Source: Nemertoderma westbladi (lineage: Eukaryota > Animalia > Xenacoelomorpha). From it: DNA of 64,000 bases. Below the pieces are notes generated by a model. The model made no database searches. It had not been told where the DNA came from and saw nothing but the letters and a program-made list of their open reading frames with translations. The position numbers and the translations under genes are program-made. Shown here piece by piece: positions 13,432 through 26,989 of this stretch; the first letter of the stretch is position 1; every line of letters starts with the position of its first letter. The stretch is taken from positions 56,332-120,331 of the forward strand of contig JAUCBJ010006869.1 of the NCBI GenBank assembly GCA_032718475.1, in the 5' to 3' direction.

Positions 13432-16400
13432 TATTTTTGTTTTATTTCCAGCTTCCTGACTCTCTATAACACGTATTTTTGTTTTAGTTCCAGCTTCCTG
13501 ACTCTCTGTAACACGTATTTTTGTTTTAGTTCCAGCTTCCTGACTCTCTGTAACACGTATTTTTGTTTTAGTTCCAGCTTCCTTCTCATTCTCTGTACGA
13601 TTTTTGTTTTAGTTCCAGCTTCCTGACTCTCTATAACACGTATTTTTGTTTTAGTTCCAGCTTCCTGACTCTCTGTAACACGTATTTTTGTTTTAGTTCC
13701 AGCTTCCTGACTCTCTGTAACACGTATTTTTGTTTTAGTTCCAGCTTCCTGACTCTCTGTAACACGTATTTTTGTTTTAGTTCCAGCTTCCTGACTCTCT
13801 GTAACACGTATTTTTGATTTAGTTCCAGCTTCCTGACTCTCTGTAACACGTATTTTTGTTTTAGTTCCAGCTTCCTGACTCTCTGTAACACGTATTTTTG
13901 TTTTAGTTCCAGCTTCCTGACTCTCTGTAACACGTATTTTTGTTTTAGTTCCAGCTTCCTGACTCTCTGTAACACGTATTTTTGTTTTAGTTCCAGCTTC
14001 CTGACTCACTGTAACACGTATTTTTGTTTTAGTTCCAGCTTCCTGACTCTCTGTAACACGTATTTTTGTTTTAGTTCCAGCTTCCTGACTCTCTGTAACA
14101 CGTATTTTTGTTTTAGTTCCAGCTTCCTGACTCTCTGTAACACGTATTTTTGTTTTAGTTCCAGCTTCCTGACTCACTGTAACACGTATTTTTGTTTTAG
14201 TTCCAGCTTCCTGACTCTCTGTAACACGTATTTTTGTTTTAGTTCCAGCTTCCTGACTCTCTGTAACACGTATTTTTGTTTTAGTTCCAGCTTCCTGACT
14301 CTCTGTACGATTTTTGTTTTAGTTCCAGCTTCCTGACTCATTGTAACACGTATTTTTGTTTTAGTTCCAGCTTCGTGACTCTCTGTAACACGTATTTTTG
14401 TTTTAGTTCCAGCTTCCTGACTCTCTGTACGATTTTTGTTTTAGTTCCAGCTTCCTGACTCACTGTAACACGTATTTTTGTTTTAGTTCCAGCTTCCTGA
14501 CTCTCTGTAACACGTATTTTTGTTTTAGTTCCAGCTTCCTGACTCTCTGTACGATTTTTGTTTTAGTTCCAGCTTCCTGACTCACTGTAACACGTATTTT
14601 TGTTTTAGTTCCAGCTTCCTGACTCTCTGTAACACGTATTTTTGTTTTAGTTCCAGCTTCCTGACTCTCTGTACGATTTTTGTTTTAGTTCCAGCTTCCT
14701 GACTCACTGTAACACGTATTTTTGTTTTAGTTCCAGCTTCGTGACTCTCTGTAACACGTATTTTTGTTTTAGTTCCAGCTTCCTGACTCTCTGTAACACG
14801 TATTTTTGTTTTAGTTTCAGCTTCCTGACTCTCTGTAACACGTATTTTTGTTTTAGTTCCAGCATCCTCATTCTCTGTACGATTTTTGTTTTAGTTCCAG
14901 CTTCCTGACTCTCTGTAACACGTATTTTTGTTTTAGTTCCAGCTTCCTGACTCTCTGTACGATTTTTGTTTTAGTTCCAGCTTCCTGACTCATTGTAACA
15001 CGTATTTTTGTTTTAGTTCCAGCTTCCTGACTCTCTGTAACACGTATTTTTGTTTTAGTTCCAGCTTCCTGACTCTCTGTAACACGTATTTTTGTTTTAG
15101 TTCCAGCTTCCTGACTCTCTGTAACACGTATTTTTGTTTTAGTTCCAGCTTCCTGACTCTCTGTAACACGTATTTTTGTTTTAGTTCCAGCTTCCTGACT
15201 CTCTATAACACGTATTTTTGTTTTAGTTCCAGCTTCCTGACTCTCTGTAACACGTATTTTTGTTTTAGTTCCAGCTTCCTTCTCATTCTCTGTACGATTT
15301 TTGTTTTAGTTCCAGCTTCCTTCTCATTCTCTGTACGATTTTTGTTTTAGTTCCAGCTTCCTGACTCTCTGTAACACGTATTTTTGTTTTAGTTCCATCT
15401 TCCTGACTCTCTGTAACACGTATTTTTGTTTTAGTTCCAGCTTCCTGACTCTCTGTAACACGTATTTTTGTTTTAGTTCCCGCTTCCTTCTCATTCTCTG
15501 TACGATTTTTGTTTTAGTTCCAGCTTCCTGACTCTCTGTAACACGTATTTTTGTTTTAGTTCCAGCTTCCTGACTCTCTGTACGATTTTTGTTTTAGTTC
15601 CAGCTTCCTGACTCTCTGTACGATTTTTGTTTTAGTTCCAGCTTCCTTCTCATTCTCTGTACGATTTTTGTTTTAGTTCCAGCTTCCCGACTCTCTGTAA
15701 CACGTATTTTTGTTTTTTTCCAGCTTCCTGACTCTCTGTAACACGTATTTTTGATTTAGTTCCAGCTTGCTGACTCTCTGTAACACGTATTTTTGTTTTA
15801 GTTCCAGCTTCCTGACTCTCTGTACGATTTTTGTTTTAGTTCCAGCTTCCTGACTCTCTGTACGATTTTTGTTTTAGTTCCAGCTTCCTGACTCTCTGTA
15901 ACACGTATTTTTGTTTTAGTTCCCGCTTCCTGACTCTCTGTACGATTTTTGTTTTAGTTCCAGCTTCCTGACTCTCTGTAACACGTATTTTTGTTTTAGT
16001 TCCAGCTTCCTTCTCATTCTCTGTACGATTTTTGTTTTAGTTCCAGCTTCCTGACTCTCTGTACGATTTTTGTTTTAGTTCCAGCTTCCTGACTCTCTGT
16101 AACACGTATTTTTGTTTTAGTTCCAGCTTCCTGACGCTCTGTAACACGTATTTTTGTTTTAGTTCCAGCTTCCTGACTCTCTGTAACACGTATTTTTGTT
16201 TTAGTTCCAGCTTCCTGACTCTCTGTAACACGTATTTTTGTTTTAGTTCCAGCTTCCTGACTCTCTGTAACACGTATTTTTGTTTTAGTTCCAGCTTCCT
16301 TCTCACTCTCTGTACGATTTTTGTTTTAGTTCCAGCTTCCTGACTCTCTGTAACACGTATTTTTGTTTTAGTTCCAGCTTCCTGACTCTCTGTAACACGT

Positions 16401-19400
16401 ATTTTTGTTTTAGTTCCAGCTTCCTGACTCTCTGTAACACGTATTTTTGTTTTAGTTCCAGCTTCCTGACTCTCTGTAACACGTATTTTTGTTTTAGTTC
16501 CAGCTTCCTTCTCACTCTCTGTACGATTTTTGTTTTAGTTCCAGCTTCCTGACTCTCTGTAACACGTATTTTTGTTTTAGTTCCAGCTTCCTGACTCTCT
16601 GTAACACGTATTTTTGTTTTAGTTCCAGCTTCCTGACTCTCTGTAACACGTATTTTTGTTTTAGTTCCAGCTTCCTGACTCTCTGTAACACGTATTTTTG
16701 TTTTAGTTCCAGCTTCCTGACTCTCTGTAACACGTATTTTTGTTTTAGTTCCAGCTTCCTGACTCATTGTAACACGTATTTTTGTTTTAGTTCCAGCTTC
16801 CTGACTCTCTGTAACACGTATTTTTGTTTTAGTTCCAGCTTCCTTCTCACTCTCTGTACGATTTTTGTTTTAGTTCCAGCTTCCTGACTCTCTGTAACAC
16901 GTATTTTTGTTTTAGTTCCCGCTTCCTGACTCTCTGTACGATTTTTGTTTTAGTTCCAGCTTCCTGACTCTCTGTAACACGTATTTTTGTTTTAGTTCCA
17001 GCTTCCTTCTCATTCTCTGTACGATTTTTGTTTTAGTTCCAGCTTCCTGACTCTCTGTACGATTTTTGTTTTAGTTCCAGCTTCCTGACTCTCTGTAACA
17101 CGTATTTTTGTTTTAGTTCCAGCTTCCTGACGCTCTGTAACACGTATTTTTGTTTTAGTTCCAGCTTCCTGACTCTCTGTAACACGTATTTTTGTTTTAG
17201 TTCCAGCTTCCTGACTCTCTGTAACACGTATTTTTGTTTTAGTTCCAGCTTTCTGACGCTCTGTAACACGTATTTTTGTTTTAGTTCCAGCTTCCTGACT
17301 CTCTGTAACACGTATTTTTGTTTTAGTTCCAGCTTCCTGACTCTCTGTAACACGTATTTTTGTTTTAGTTCCAGCTTCCTGACTCTCTGTAACACGTATT
17401 TTTGTTTTAGTTCCAGCTTCCTTCTCACTCTCTGTACGATTTTTGTTTTAGTTCCAGCTTCCTGACTCTCTGTAACACGTATTTTTGTTTTAGTTCCAGC
17501 TTCCTGACTCTCTGTAACACGTATTTTTGTTTTAGTTCCCGCTTCCTGACTCTCTGTAACACGTATTTATGTTTTAGTTCCAGCTTCCTGACTCTCTGTA
17601 ACACGTATTTTTGTTTTAGTTCCAGCTTCCTGACTCTCTGTAACACGTATTTTTGTTTTAGTTCCAGCTTCCTGACTCTCTGTAACACGTATTTTTGTTT
17701 TAGTTCCAGCTTCCTGACTCTCTGTAACACGTATTTATGTTTTAGTTCCAGCTTCCTGACTCTCTGTAACACGTATTTTTGTTTTAGTTCCAGCTTCCTG
17801 ACTCTCTGTAACACGTATTTTTGTTTTGGTTCCCTCTTCCTGACTCTCTGTAACACGTATTTTTGTTTTAGTTCCAGCTTCCTGACTCTCTGTACGATTT
17901 TTGTTTTAGTTCCAGCTTCCTGACTCTCTGTAACACGTATTTTTGTTTTAGTTCCAGCTTCCTGACTCTCTGTAACACGTATTTTTGTTTTGGTTCCAGC
18001 TTCCTGACTCTCTGTAACACGTATTTTTGTTTTGGTTCCAGCTTCCTGACTCTCTGTAACACGTATTTTTGTTTTAGTTCCAGCTTCCTGACTCTCTGTA
18101 ACACGTATTTTTGTTTTAGTTCCAGCTTCCTGACTCACTGTAACACGTAGTTTTGTTTTAGTTCCAGCTTCCTGACTCTCTGTACGATTTTTGTTTTAGT
18201 TCCAGCTTCCTGACTCTCTGTAACACGTATTTTTGTTTTAGTTCCAGCTTCCTGACTCTCTGTAACACGTATTTTTGTTTTAGTTCCAGCTTCCTGACTC
18301 TCTGTAACACGTATTTTTGTTTTATTTCCAGCTTCCTGACTCTCTGTAACACGTATTTTTGTTTTAGTTCCAGCTTCCTGACTCACTGTAACACGTATTT
18401 TTGTTTTAGTTCCAGCTTCCTGACTCTCTGTAACACGTATTTTTGTTTTAGTTCCAGCTTCCTGACTCTCTGTAACACGTATTTTTGTTTTAGTTCCCGC
18501 TTCCTGACTCTCTGTAACACGTATTTTTGTTTTAGTTCCCGCTTCCTGACTCTCTGTAACACGTATTTTTGTTTTGGTTCCAGCTTCCTGACTCTCTGTA
18601 ACACGTATTTTTGTTTTAGTTCCAGCTTCCTGACTCATTGTAACACGTATTTTTGTTTTAGTTCCAGCTTCCTGACTCACTGTAACACGTATTTTTGTTT
18701 TAGTTCCAGCTTCCTGACTCTCTGTAACACGTATTTTTGTTTTAGTTCCAGCTTCCTGACGCTCTGTAACACGTATTTTTGTTTTAGTTCCAGCTTCCTG
18801 ACTCTCTGTAACACGTATTTTTGTTTTAGTTCCAGCTTCCTGACGCTCTGTAACACGTATTTTTGTTTTAGTTACAGCTTCCTGACTCTCTGTAACGCGT
18901 ATTTTTGTTTTAGTTCCAGCTTCCTGACGCTCTGTAACACGTATTTTTGTTTTAGTTCCAGCTTCCTGACTCTCTGTAACACGTATTTTTGTTTTAGTTC
19001 CAGCTTCCTGACTCATTGTAACACGTATTTTTGTTTTAGTTCCAGCTTCCTGACTCATTGTAACACGTATTTTTGATTTAGTTCCAGCTTCCTGACTCTC
19101 TGTAACACGTGTTTTTGTTTTAGTTACAGCTTCCTGACACTCTGTAACACGTATTTTTGTTTTAGTTCCAGCTTCCTGACTCATTGTAACACGTATTTTT
19201 GTTTTAGTTCCAGCTTCCTGACTCATTGTAACACGTATTTTTGTTTTAGTTCCAGCTTCCTGACTCTCTGTAACACGAATTTTTGTTTTAGTTCCAGCTT
19301 CCTGACTCATTGTAACACGTATTTTTGTTTTAGTTCCAGCTTCCTGACGCTCTGTAACACGTATTTTTGTTTTAGTTCCAGCTTCCTAACTCTCTGTAAC

Positions 19401-21237
19401 ACGTATTTTTGTTTTAGTTCCAGCTTCCTGACACTCTGTAACACGTATTTTTGTTTTAGTTCCAGCTTCCTGACTCATTGTAACACGTATTTTTGTTTTA
19501 GTTCCAGCTTCCTGACTCATTGTAACACGTATTTTTGTTTTAGTTCCAGCTTCCTGACTCATTGTAACACGTATTTTTGTTTTAGTTCCAGCTTCCTGAC
19601 GCTCTGTAACACGTATTTTTGTTTTCGTTACAGCTTCCTGACTCTCTGTAACGCGTATTTTTGTTTTAGTTCCAGCTTCCTGACTCTCTGTAACACGTAT
19701 TTTTGTTTTAGTTACAGCTTCCTGACGCTCTGTAACACATATTTTTGTTTTAGTTCCAGCTTTCTGACTCACTGTAACACGTATTTTTGTTTTAGTTCCA
19801 GCTTTCTGACTCTCTGTAACACGTATTTTTGTTTTTTTCCAGCTTCCTGACTCTCTGTAACACGTATTTTTGTTTTAGTTCCAGCTTCCTGACTCTCTGT
19901 AACACGTATTTTTGTTTTAGTTCCAGCTTCCTGACTCACTGTAACACGTATTTTTGTTTTAGTTCCAGCTTCCTGACTCTCTGTAACACGTATTTTTGTT
20001 TTAGTTCCAGCTTCCTGACGCTCTGTAACACGTATTTTTGTTTTAGTTCCAGCTTCCTGACTCTCTGTAACACGTATTTTTGTTTTAGTTCCAGCTTCCT
20101 GACGCTCTGTAACACGTATTTTTGTTTTAGTTACAGCTTCCTGACTCTCTGTAACGCGTATTTTTGTTTTAGTTCCAGCTTCATGACGCTCTGTAACACG
20201 TATTTTTGTTTTAGTTCCAGCTTCCTGACTCTCTGTAACACGTATTTTTGTTTTAGTTCCAGCTTCCTGACTCATTGTAACATGTATTTTTGTTTTAGTT
20301 CCAGCTTCCTGACTCATTGTAACACGTATTTTTGTTTTAGTTCCAGCTTCCTGACTCTCTGTAACACGTGTTTTTGTTTTAGTTCCAGCTTCCTGACACT
20401 CTGTAACACGTATTTTTGTTTTAGTTCCAGCTTCCTGACTCATTGTAACACGTATTTTTGTTTTAGTTCCAGCTTCCTGACTCATTGTAACACGTATTTT
20501 TGTTTTAGTTCCAGCTTCCTGACTCACTGTAACACGTATTTTTGTTTTAGTTCCAGCTTCCTGACTCTCTGTAACACGTATTTTTGTTTTAGTTCCAGCT
20601 TTCTGACACTCTGTAACACGTATTTTTGTTTTAGTTCCAGCTTCCGACTCATTGTAACACGTATTTTTGTTTTAGTTCCAGCTTCCTGACTCATTGTAAC
20701 ACGTATTTTTGTTTTAGTTCCAGCTTCCTGACTCACTGTAACACGTATTTTTGTTTTAGTTCCAGCTTCCTGACTCTCTGTAACACGTATTTTTGTTTTA
20801 GTTCCAGCTTCCTGACTCTCTGTAACACGTATTTTTGTTTTAGTTCCAGCTTCCTGACGCTCTGTAACACGTATTTTTGTTTTAGTTACAGCTTCCTGAC
20901 TCTCTGTAACGCGTATTTTTGTTTTAGTTCCAGCTTCCTGACTCTCTGTAACACGAATTTTTGTTTTAGTTCCAGCTTCCTGACTCATTGTAACACGTAT
21001 TTTTATTTTAGTTCCAGCTTCCTGACGCTCTGTAACACGTATTTTTGTTTTAGTTCCAGCTTCCTAACTCTCTGTAACACGTATTTTTGTTTTAGTTCCA
21101 GCTTCCTGACGCTCTGTAACACGTATTTTTGTTTTAGTTCCAGCTTCCTAACTCTCTGTAACACGTATTTTTGTTTTAGTTCCAGCTTCCTGACTCTCTG
21201 TAACACGTATTTTTGTTTTAGTTCCAGCTTTCTGACT

Positions 21238-21400
21238 TGGGTCTTGGGACTTGGGCCTTTCTGAGGTTGTTACCTTTATTGACGCCAAGTCATACACGCA
21301 ACTCTATAGCAGCCATCTGGTCGTCGGAGGACATAAAGTATCATTTATACTCGGACACTGTCTCTATTGTATGGGCGGGTCGTTTATTTTATTGTGCGAT
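21238..21400 (-). mobile_element. Possible 3' end of a LINE/SINE (AATAAA followed by a short CCCAAG-type tandem tail)
   Basis: The minus strand reads ...gtcaataaaggtaacaacctcagaaaggcccaagtcccaagacccaagtc, directly abutting the satellite. Confidence 0.3.
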
Positions 21401-22446
21401 TGAGTGCTTGATGTTGATGTTATTCGGAACATGGCCTGACGAATATCAGCTACTTACTTTTTACGTTTTACTAATTTAATAAAATTGCTTGTTACCTCCA
21501 AATGGGTTATAGTAATACCTCATGTATATTAATTCTACCACACGATGTATGTATATACTATGTACTTATACTATGTTCACTATTGTTGTACTTAATTATT
21601 TAATAACACTCCGTGTGTGTTGTATGTACATAATTATAATGTGTAGAGTGAATTTCATTCATTTTCCATTGAATCATGCATGGCTCATGAATCATAATGT
21701 ACATTTAAACATAACTCACTATCATGATTTTCCATTAAGTGTTTCGTATTTATCAGAAATCTAATATTCCATTGAATGATACGACCAGCTCACAAGACAT
21801 ACTTTCCATTGTAATTGTAATAGATACCGATCAGGGAATATTTGTTATTCCTGAAATCGAAGTAGAGCTGCCCTACTACACTGAGGCGACTATTTGTTTC
21901 AATATTCGTACCACTTGAAGGATTTTTATGTGGTTAATGAGACTAATAGTGTGATTATAGCTGTCCAAATAAATATGTAATAAATAAATAAATAGATACA
22001 CAATCAATTCGCGAAAGTGATTATTTCATATGGATTCTACATATACATTGAATGCATTAGTGTCCGTGAAGTGAAGTGGTTTAGATTCCTACGAAATTTG
22101 ATCAAAAGTAATACCACTTATAAATTGATAAATTGATTTTTAATGATAAACTATGTAGAATGAAGATATGTGATATAATATTATTATAGCCTCATGAACT
22201 ACTTACAATTATTACATATCATCTTAAATTCTACACAAACCTACTGTTTCGTGACTAATGCATTATTGATTTTTATATGAATCCAGTAGTGATACATCCA
22301 TCAACTACAAATTATTTAGAAGCCTACAAAAATGTTGTACTGAAAGTTTAGCAAAATTTAATGTAAATGTTATTCTATTTGCACTTGTAGGGGGCACTTC
22401 AGGGTAACTTAGATAAGTGTGTTGAATTATAAATTGGAAACCTTTG

Positions 22447-25400
22447 TTTTGTACCTGATGGTCTTTGTCTTACAGCTAGACAGAGAGTTCTCGGTTTGTA
22501 CCTGATGGTCTTTGTCTTACAGCTAGATAGAGAGTTCTCGGTTTGTACATGATGGTCTTTGTTTTACAGCTAGACAGATAGTTCTCGGTTTGTACCTGAT
22601 GGTCTTTGTTTTACAGCTAGAAAGAGTTCTCGGTTTGTACCTGATGGTCTTTGTTTTACAGCTACACAGAGAGTTCTCGGTTTGTACTTGATGGTCTTTG
22701 TTTTACAGCTAGACAGAGAGTTCTCGGTTTGTACCTAATGGTCTTTGTCTTACAGCTAGACAGAGAGTTCTCGGTTTGTACCTGATGGTCTTTGTCTTAC
22801 AGCTAGATAGAGAGTTCTCGGTTTGTACATGATGGTCTTTGTGGTACAGCTAGATAGAGAGTTCTCGGTTTGTACCTGATGGTCTTTGTTTTACAGCTAG
22901 ACAGAGAGTTCTCGGTTTGTACCTAATGGTCTTTGTTTTACAGCTAGACAGAGAGTTCTCGGTTTGTACCTGATGGTCTTTGTTTTACAGCTACACAGAG
23001 AGTTCTCGGTTTGTACCTGATGGTCTTTGTTTTACAGCTAGACAGAGAGTTCTCGGTTTGTAACTAATGGTCTTTGTTTTACAACTAGATAGGGAGTTCT
23101 CGGTTTGTACCTGATGGTCTTTGTTTTACAGCTACACAGAGAGTTCTCGGTTTGTACTTGATGGTCTTTGTTTTACAGCTAGACAGAGAGTTCTCGGTTT
23201 GTACCTAATGGTCTTTGTTTTACAACTAGATAGGGAGTTCTCGGTTTGTACCTGAGGGTCTTTGTTTTACAGCTAGACAGAGAGTTCTCGGTTTATACCT
23301 GATGGTCTTTGTTTTACAGCTAGACAGAGAGTTCTCGGTTTGTACCTGATGGTCTTTGTTTTACAGCTAGACAGAGAGTTCTCGGTTTCTACCTGATGGT
23401 CTTTGTTTTACAGCTAGACAGAGAGTTCTCGGTTTGTACCTGATGGTCTTTGTTTTACAGCTAGACAGAGAGTTCTCGGTTTGTACCTGATGGTCTTTGT
23501 TTTACAGCTAGACAGAGAGTTCCCGGTTTGTACGTGATGGTCTTTTTTTTACAACTAGATAGGGAATTTTCGGTTTGTACCTGATGGTCTTTGTTTTACA
23601 GCTAGAAAGAGTTCTCGGTTTGTACCTGATGGTCTTTGTTTTACAGCTAGACAGAGAGTTCTCGGTTTGTACCTGATGGTCTTTGTTTTACAGCTAGACA
23701 GAGAGTTCTCGGTTTGCACCTGATGGTCTTTGTTTTACAGCTAGACAGAGAGTTCTCGGTTTGTACCTGATGGTCTTTGTTTTACAGCTAGACAGAGAGT
23801 TCTCGGTTTATACCGGATGGTCTTTGTTTTACAGCTAGACAGAGAGTTCTCGGTTTATACCTGATGGTCTTTGTTTTACAGCTAGACAGAGAGTTCTCGG
23901 TTTGTACGTGATGGTCTTTGTTTTTCAGCTAGACAGAGAGTTCTCGGTTTGTACGTGATGGTCTTTGTTTTACAGCTAGACAGAGAGTTCTCAGGTTTGT
24001 ACCTAATGGTCTTTGTTTTACAGCTAGACAGAGAGTTATTGGTTTATACCTGATGGTCTTTGTTGTACAGCTAGACAGAGAGTTCTCGGTTTGTACCTAA
24101 TAGTCTTTGTTTTACAGCTAGACAGAGAGTTCTCGTTTTGTACCTGATGGTCTTTGTTTTACAGCTAGACAGAGAGTTCTCGGTTTGTACCTGATGGTCT
24201 TTGTTTTACAGCTAGACTGAGAGTTCCCGGTTTGTACGTGATGGTCTTTTTTTTACAACTAGATAGGGAATTTTCGGTTTGTACCTGATGGTCTTTGTTT
24301 TACAGCTAGATAGGGAGTTCTCGGTTTGTACCTGATGGTCTTTGTTTTACAGCTAGACAGAGAGTTCTCGGTTGTACCTGATGGTCTTTGTCTTACAGCT
24401 AGATAGAGAGTTCTCGGTTTGAACCTGATGGTCTTTGTCTTACAGCTAGACAGAGAGTTCTCGGTTTGTACCTAATGGTCTTTGTGGTACAGCTAGATAG
24501 AGAGTTCTCGGTTTGTACCTGATGGTCTTTGTTTTACAGCTAGACAGAGAGTTCTCGGTTTGTACCTGATGGTCTTTGTTTTACAGCTAGACAGAGAGTT
24601 CTCGGTTTGTACCTGATGGTCTTTGTTTTACAGCTAGACAGAGAGTTCTCGGTTTCTACCTGATGGTCTTTGTTTTACAGCTAGACAGAGAGTTCTCGGT
24701 TTGTACCTGATGGTCTTTGTTTTACAGCTAGACAGAGAGTTCTCGGTTTGTACCTGATGGTCTTTGTTTTACAGCTAGACAGAGAGTTCCCGGTTTGTAC
24801 GTGATGGTCTTTTTTTTACAACTAGATAGGGAATTTTCGGTTTGTACCTGATGGTCTTTGTTTTACAGCTAGAAAGAGTTCTCGGTTTGTACCTGATGGT
24901 CTTTGTTTTACAGCTAGACAGAGAGTTCTCGGTTTGTACGTAATGGTCTTTGTTTTACAGCTAGACAGAGAGTTCTCGGTTTGCACCTGATGGTCTTTGT
25001 TTTACAGCTAGACTGAGAGTTCCCGGTTTGTACGTGATGGTCTTTTTTTTACAACTAGATAGGGAATTATCGGTTTGTACCTGATGGTCTTTGTTTTACA
25101 GCTAGATAGGGAGTTCTCGGTTTGTACCTGATGGTCTTTGTTTTACAGCTAGACAGAGAGTTCTCGGTTGTACCTGATGGTCTTTGTCTTACAGCTAGAC
25201 AGAGAGTTCTCGGTTTGTACCTGATGGTCTTTGTGGTACAGCTAGATAGAGAGTTCTCGGTTTGTACCTGATGGTCTTTGTTTTACAGCTAGACAGAGAG
25301 TTCTCGGTTTGTACCTGATGGTCTTTGTTTTACAGCTAGACAGAGAGTTCTCGGTTTGTACCTGATGGTCTTTGTTTTACAGCTAGACAGAGAGTTCTCG

Positions 25401-26256
25401 GTTTGTACCTGATGGTCTTTGTTTTACAGCTAGACAGAGAGTTCTCGGTTTGTACCTGATGGTCTTTGTTTTACAGCTAGACAGAGAGTTCTCGGTTTGT
25501 ACCTGATGGTCTTTGTTTTACAGCTAGACAGAGAGTTCTCGGTTTGTACGTGATGGTCTTTGTTTTTCAGCTAGACAGAGAGTTCTCGGTTTGTACCTGA
25601 TGGTCTTTGTTTTACAGCTAGAAAGAGTTCTCGGTTTGTACCTGATGGTCTTTGTTTTACAGCTAGACAGAGAGTTCTCGGTTTGTACGTGATGGTCTTT
25701 GTTTTTCAGCTAGACAGAGAGTTCTCGGTTTGTACGTGATGGTCTTTGTTTTACAGCTAGACAGAGAGTTCTCAGGTTTGTACCTAATGGTCTTTGTTTT
25801 ACAGCTAGACAGAGAGTTATTGGTTTATACCTGATGGTCTTTGTTGTACAGCTAGACAGAGAGTTCTCGGTTTGTACCAAATAGTCTTTGTTTTACAGCT
25901 AGACAGAGAGTTCTCGTTTTGTACCTGATGGTCTTTGTCTTACAGCTAGACAGAGAGTTCTCTGTTTGTACCTGATGGTCTTTGTCTTACAGCTAGACAG
26001 AGATTTCTGGGTTTGTACCTGATGGTCTTTGTTTTACAGCTAGACAGAGAGTTCTGGGTTTGTACCAAATAGTCTTTGTTTTACAGCTAGACAGAGAGTT
26101 CTCGTTTTGTACCTGATGGTCTTTGTCTTACAGCTAGACAGAGAGTTCTCTGTTTGTACCTGATGGTCTTTGTCTTACAGCTAGACAGAGATTTCTGGGT
26201 TTGTACCTGATGGTCTTTGTTTTACAGCTAGACAGAGAGTTCTGGGTTTGTACCTG
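22447..26256. repeat. 47-bp satellite array, about 80 units
   Basis: Unit is ggtttgtacctgatggtctttgttttacagctagacagagagttctc. The period of 47 is confirmed by gtacctgatg at 22451 and 22498. Confidence 0.98.
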
Positions 26257-26989
26257 CTGCTGTGGGATTTTAATTTTATACCTTTGGATGTTAAATGTTG
26301 TAAACTTGGGCATATTGTTAAACTGCCTGATCAGGCATTTATAATCTGTAAGTTTTTCAATTGAATGAATTAAATTTCTTATATTTAATATATTTTGTAT
26401 AATATTCAGAAATATCTATATACATACATATTATTCGATCAACTCCCTTACTACATCTTGCTTTGTAAATGTATCAGTAGCTCACATATGTTGTTGGGCC
26501 TTTTTATTTACCAGCTATATTCAATAACTAATTTGCTGACAGATCTAATTGATACAGATTGACATTAGCCTGCATTATATTGAAAAACGCTTTAGGAATA
26601 GTGGATAGCTTTATAATTAAAAGCAATCCATTACTTCATCTTTTCCAAAAAAAGGGCATGCTGGTCATTGTGTGGTTTTCTTAAAAAACACATGGTCAAC
26701 TGTCAACTTCTATTTGGTTAAAATTCAAGTTTGGGGTTTCCTTGAAACAATTTTAACTTTCACAACTTCATTACGTATTAAGTGAGAATGACGTGGAAAA
26801 ACAGTACAAGTCTCGCTATCATCACACACATATGTGGTCTCAACCTCTATGTCTAACCTTTTTTTTTTACAAAACAATAACTGAAGACATAACGTAATTT
26901 ACCAACTAAACAATGGTAACATTTTGCGGGGCGATTTAAAACAATAATATTAGTTATTCTTAATTAAAGTGCTGTTGCATTTACCAACA

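Larger units (their letters stand above)
5981..21237. repeat. 42-bp satellite array, roughly 320 units, interrupted at 11445-13431
   Basis: Unit is taacacgtatttttgttttagttccagcttcctgactctctg, with recurrent 38-nt (tacgatttttg...) and +3-nt (ccttctcattctctg) variants. Confidence 0.98.

Noticed and set aside
5981-21237. Long repetitive ORFs (ESQEAGTKTKIRVT / RVRKLELKQKYVLQ / NTYFCFSSSFLTLC)n as a real repeat protein
   Set aside because: They are a by-product of a 42-nt (3n) unit. Frequent 38-nt variants shift the frame, several frames are equally open, and there are no flanking unique coding termini.
22447-26256. CRISPR array interpretation of the 42-bp, 47-bp or 21-bp repeats
   Set aside because: The units are head-to-tail with no unique spacers, there are no cas genes, and the context is eukaryotic.
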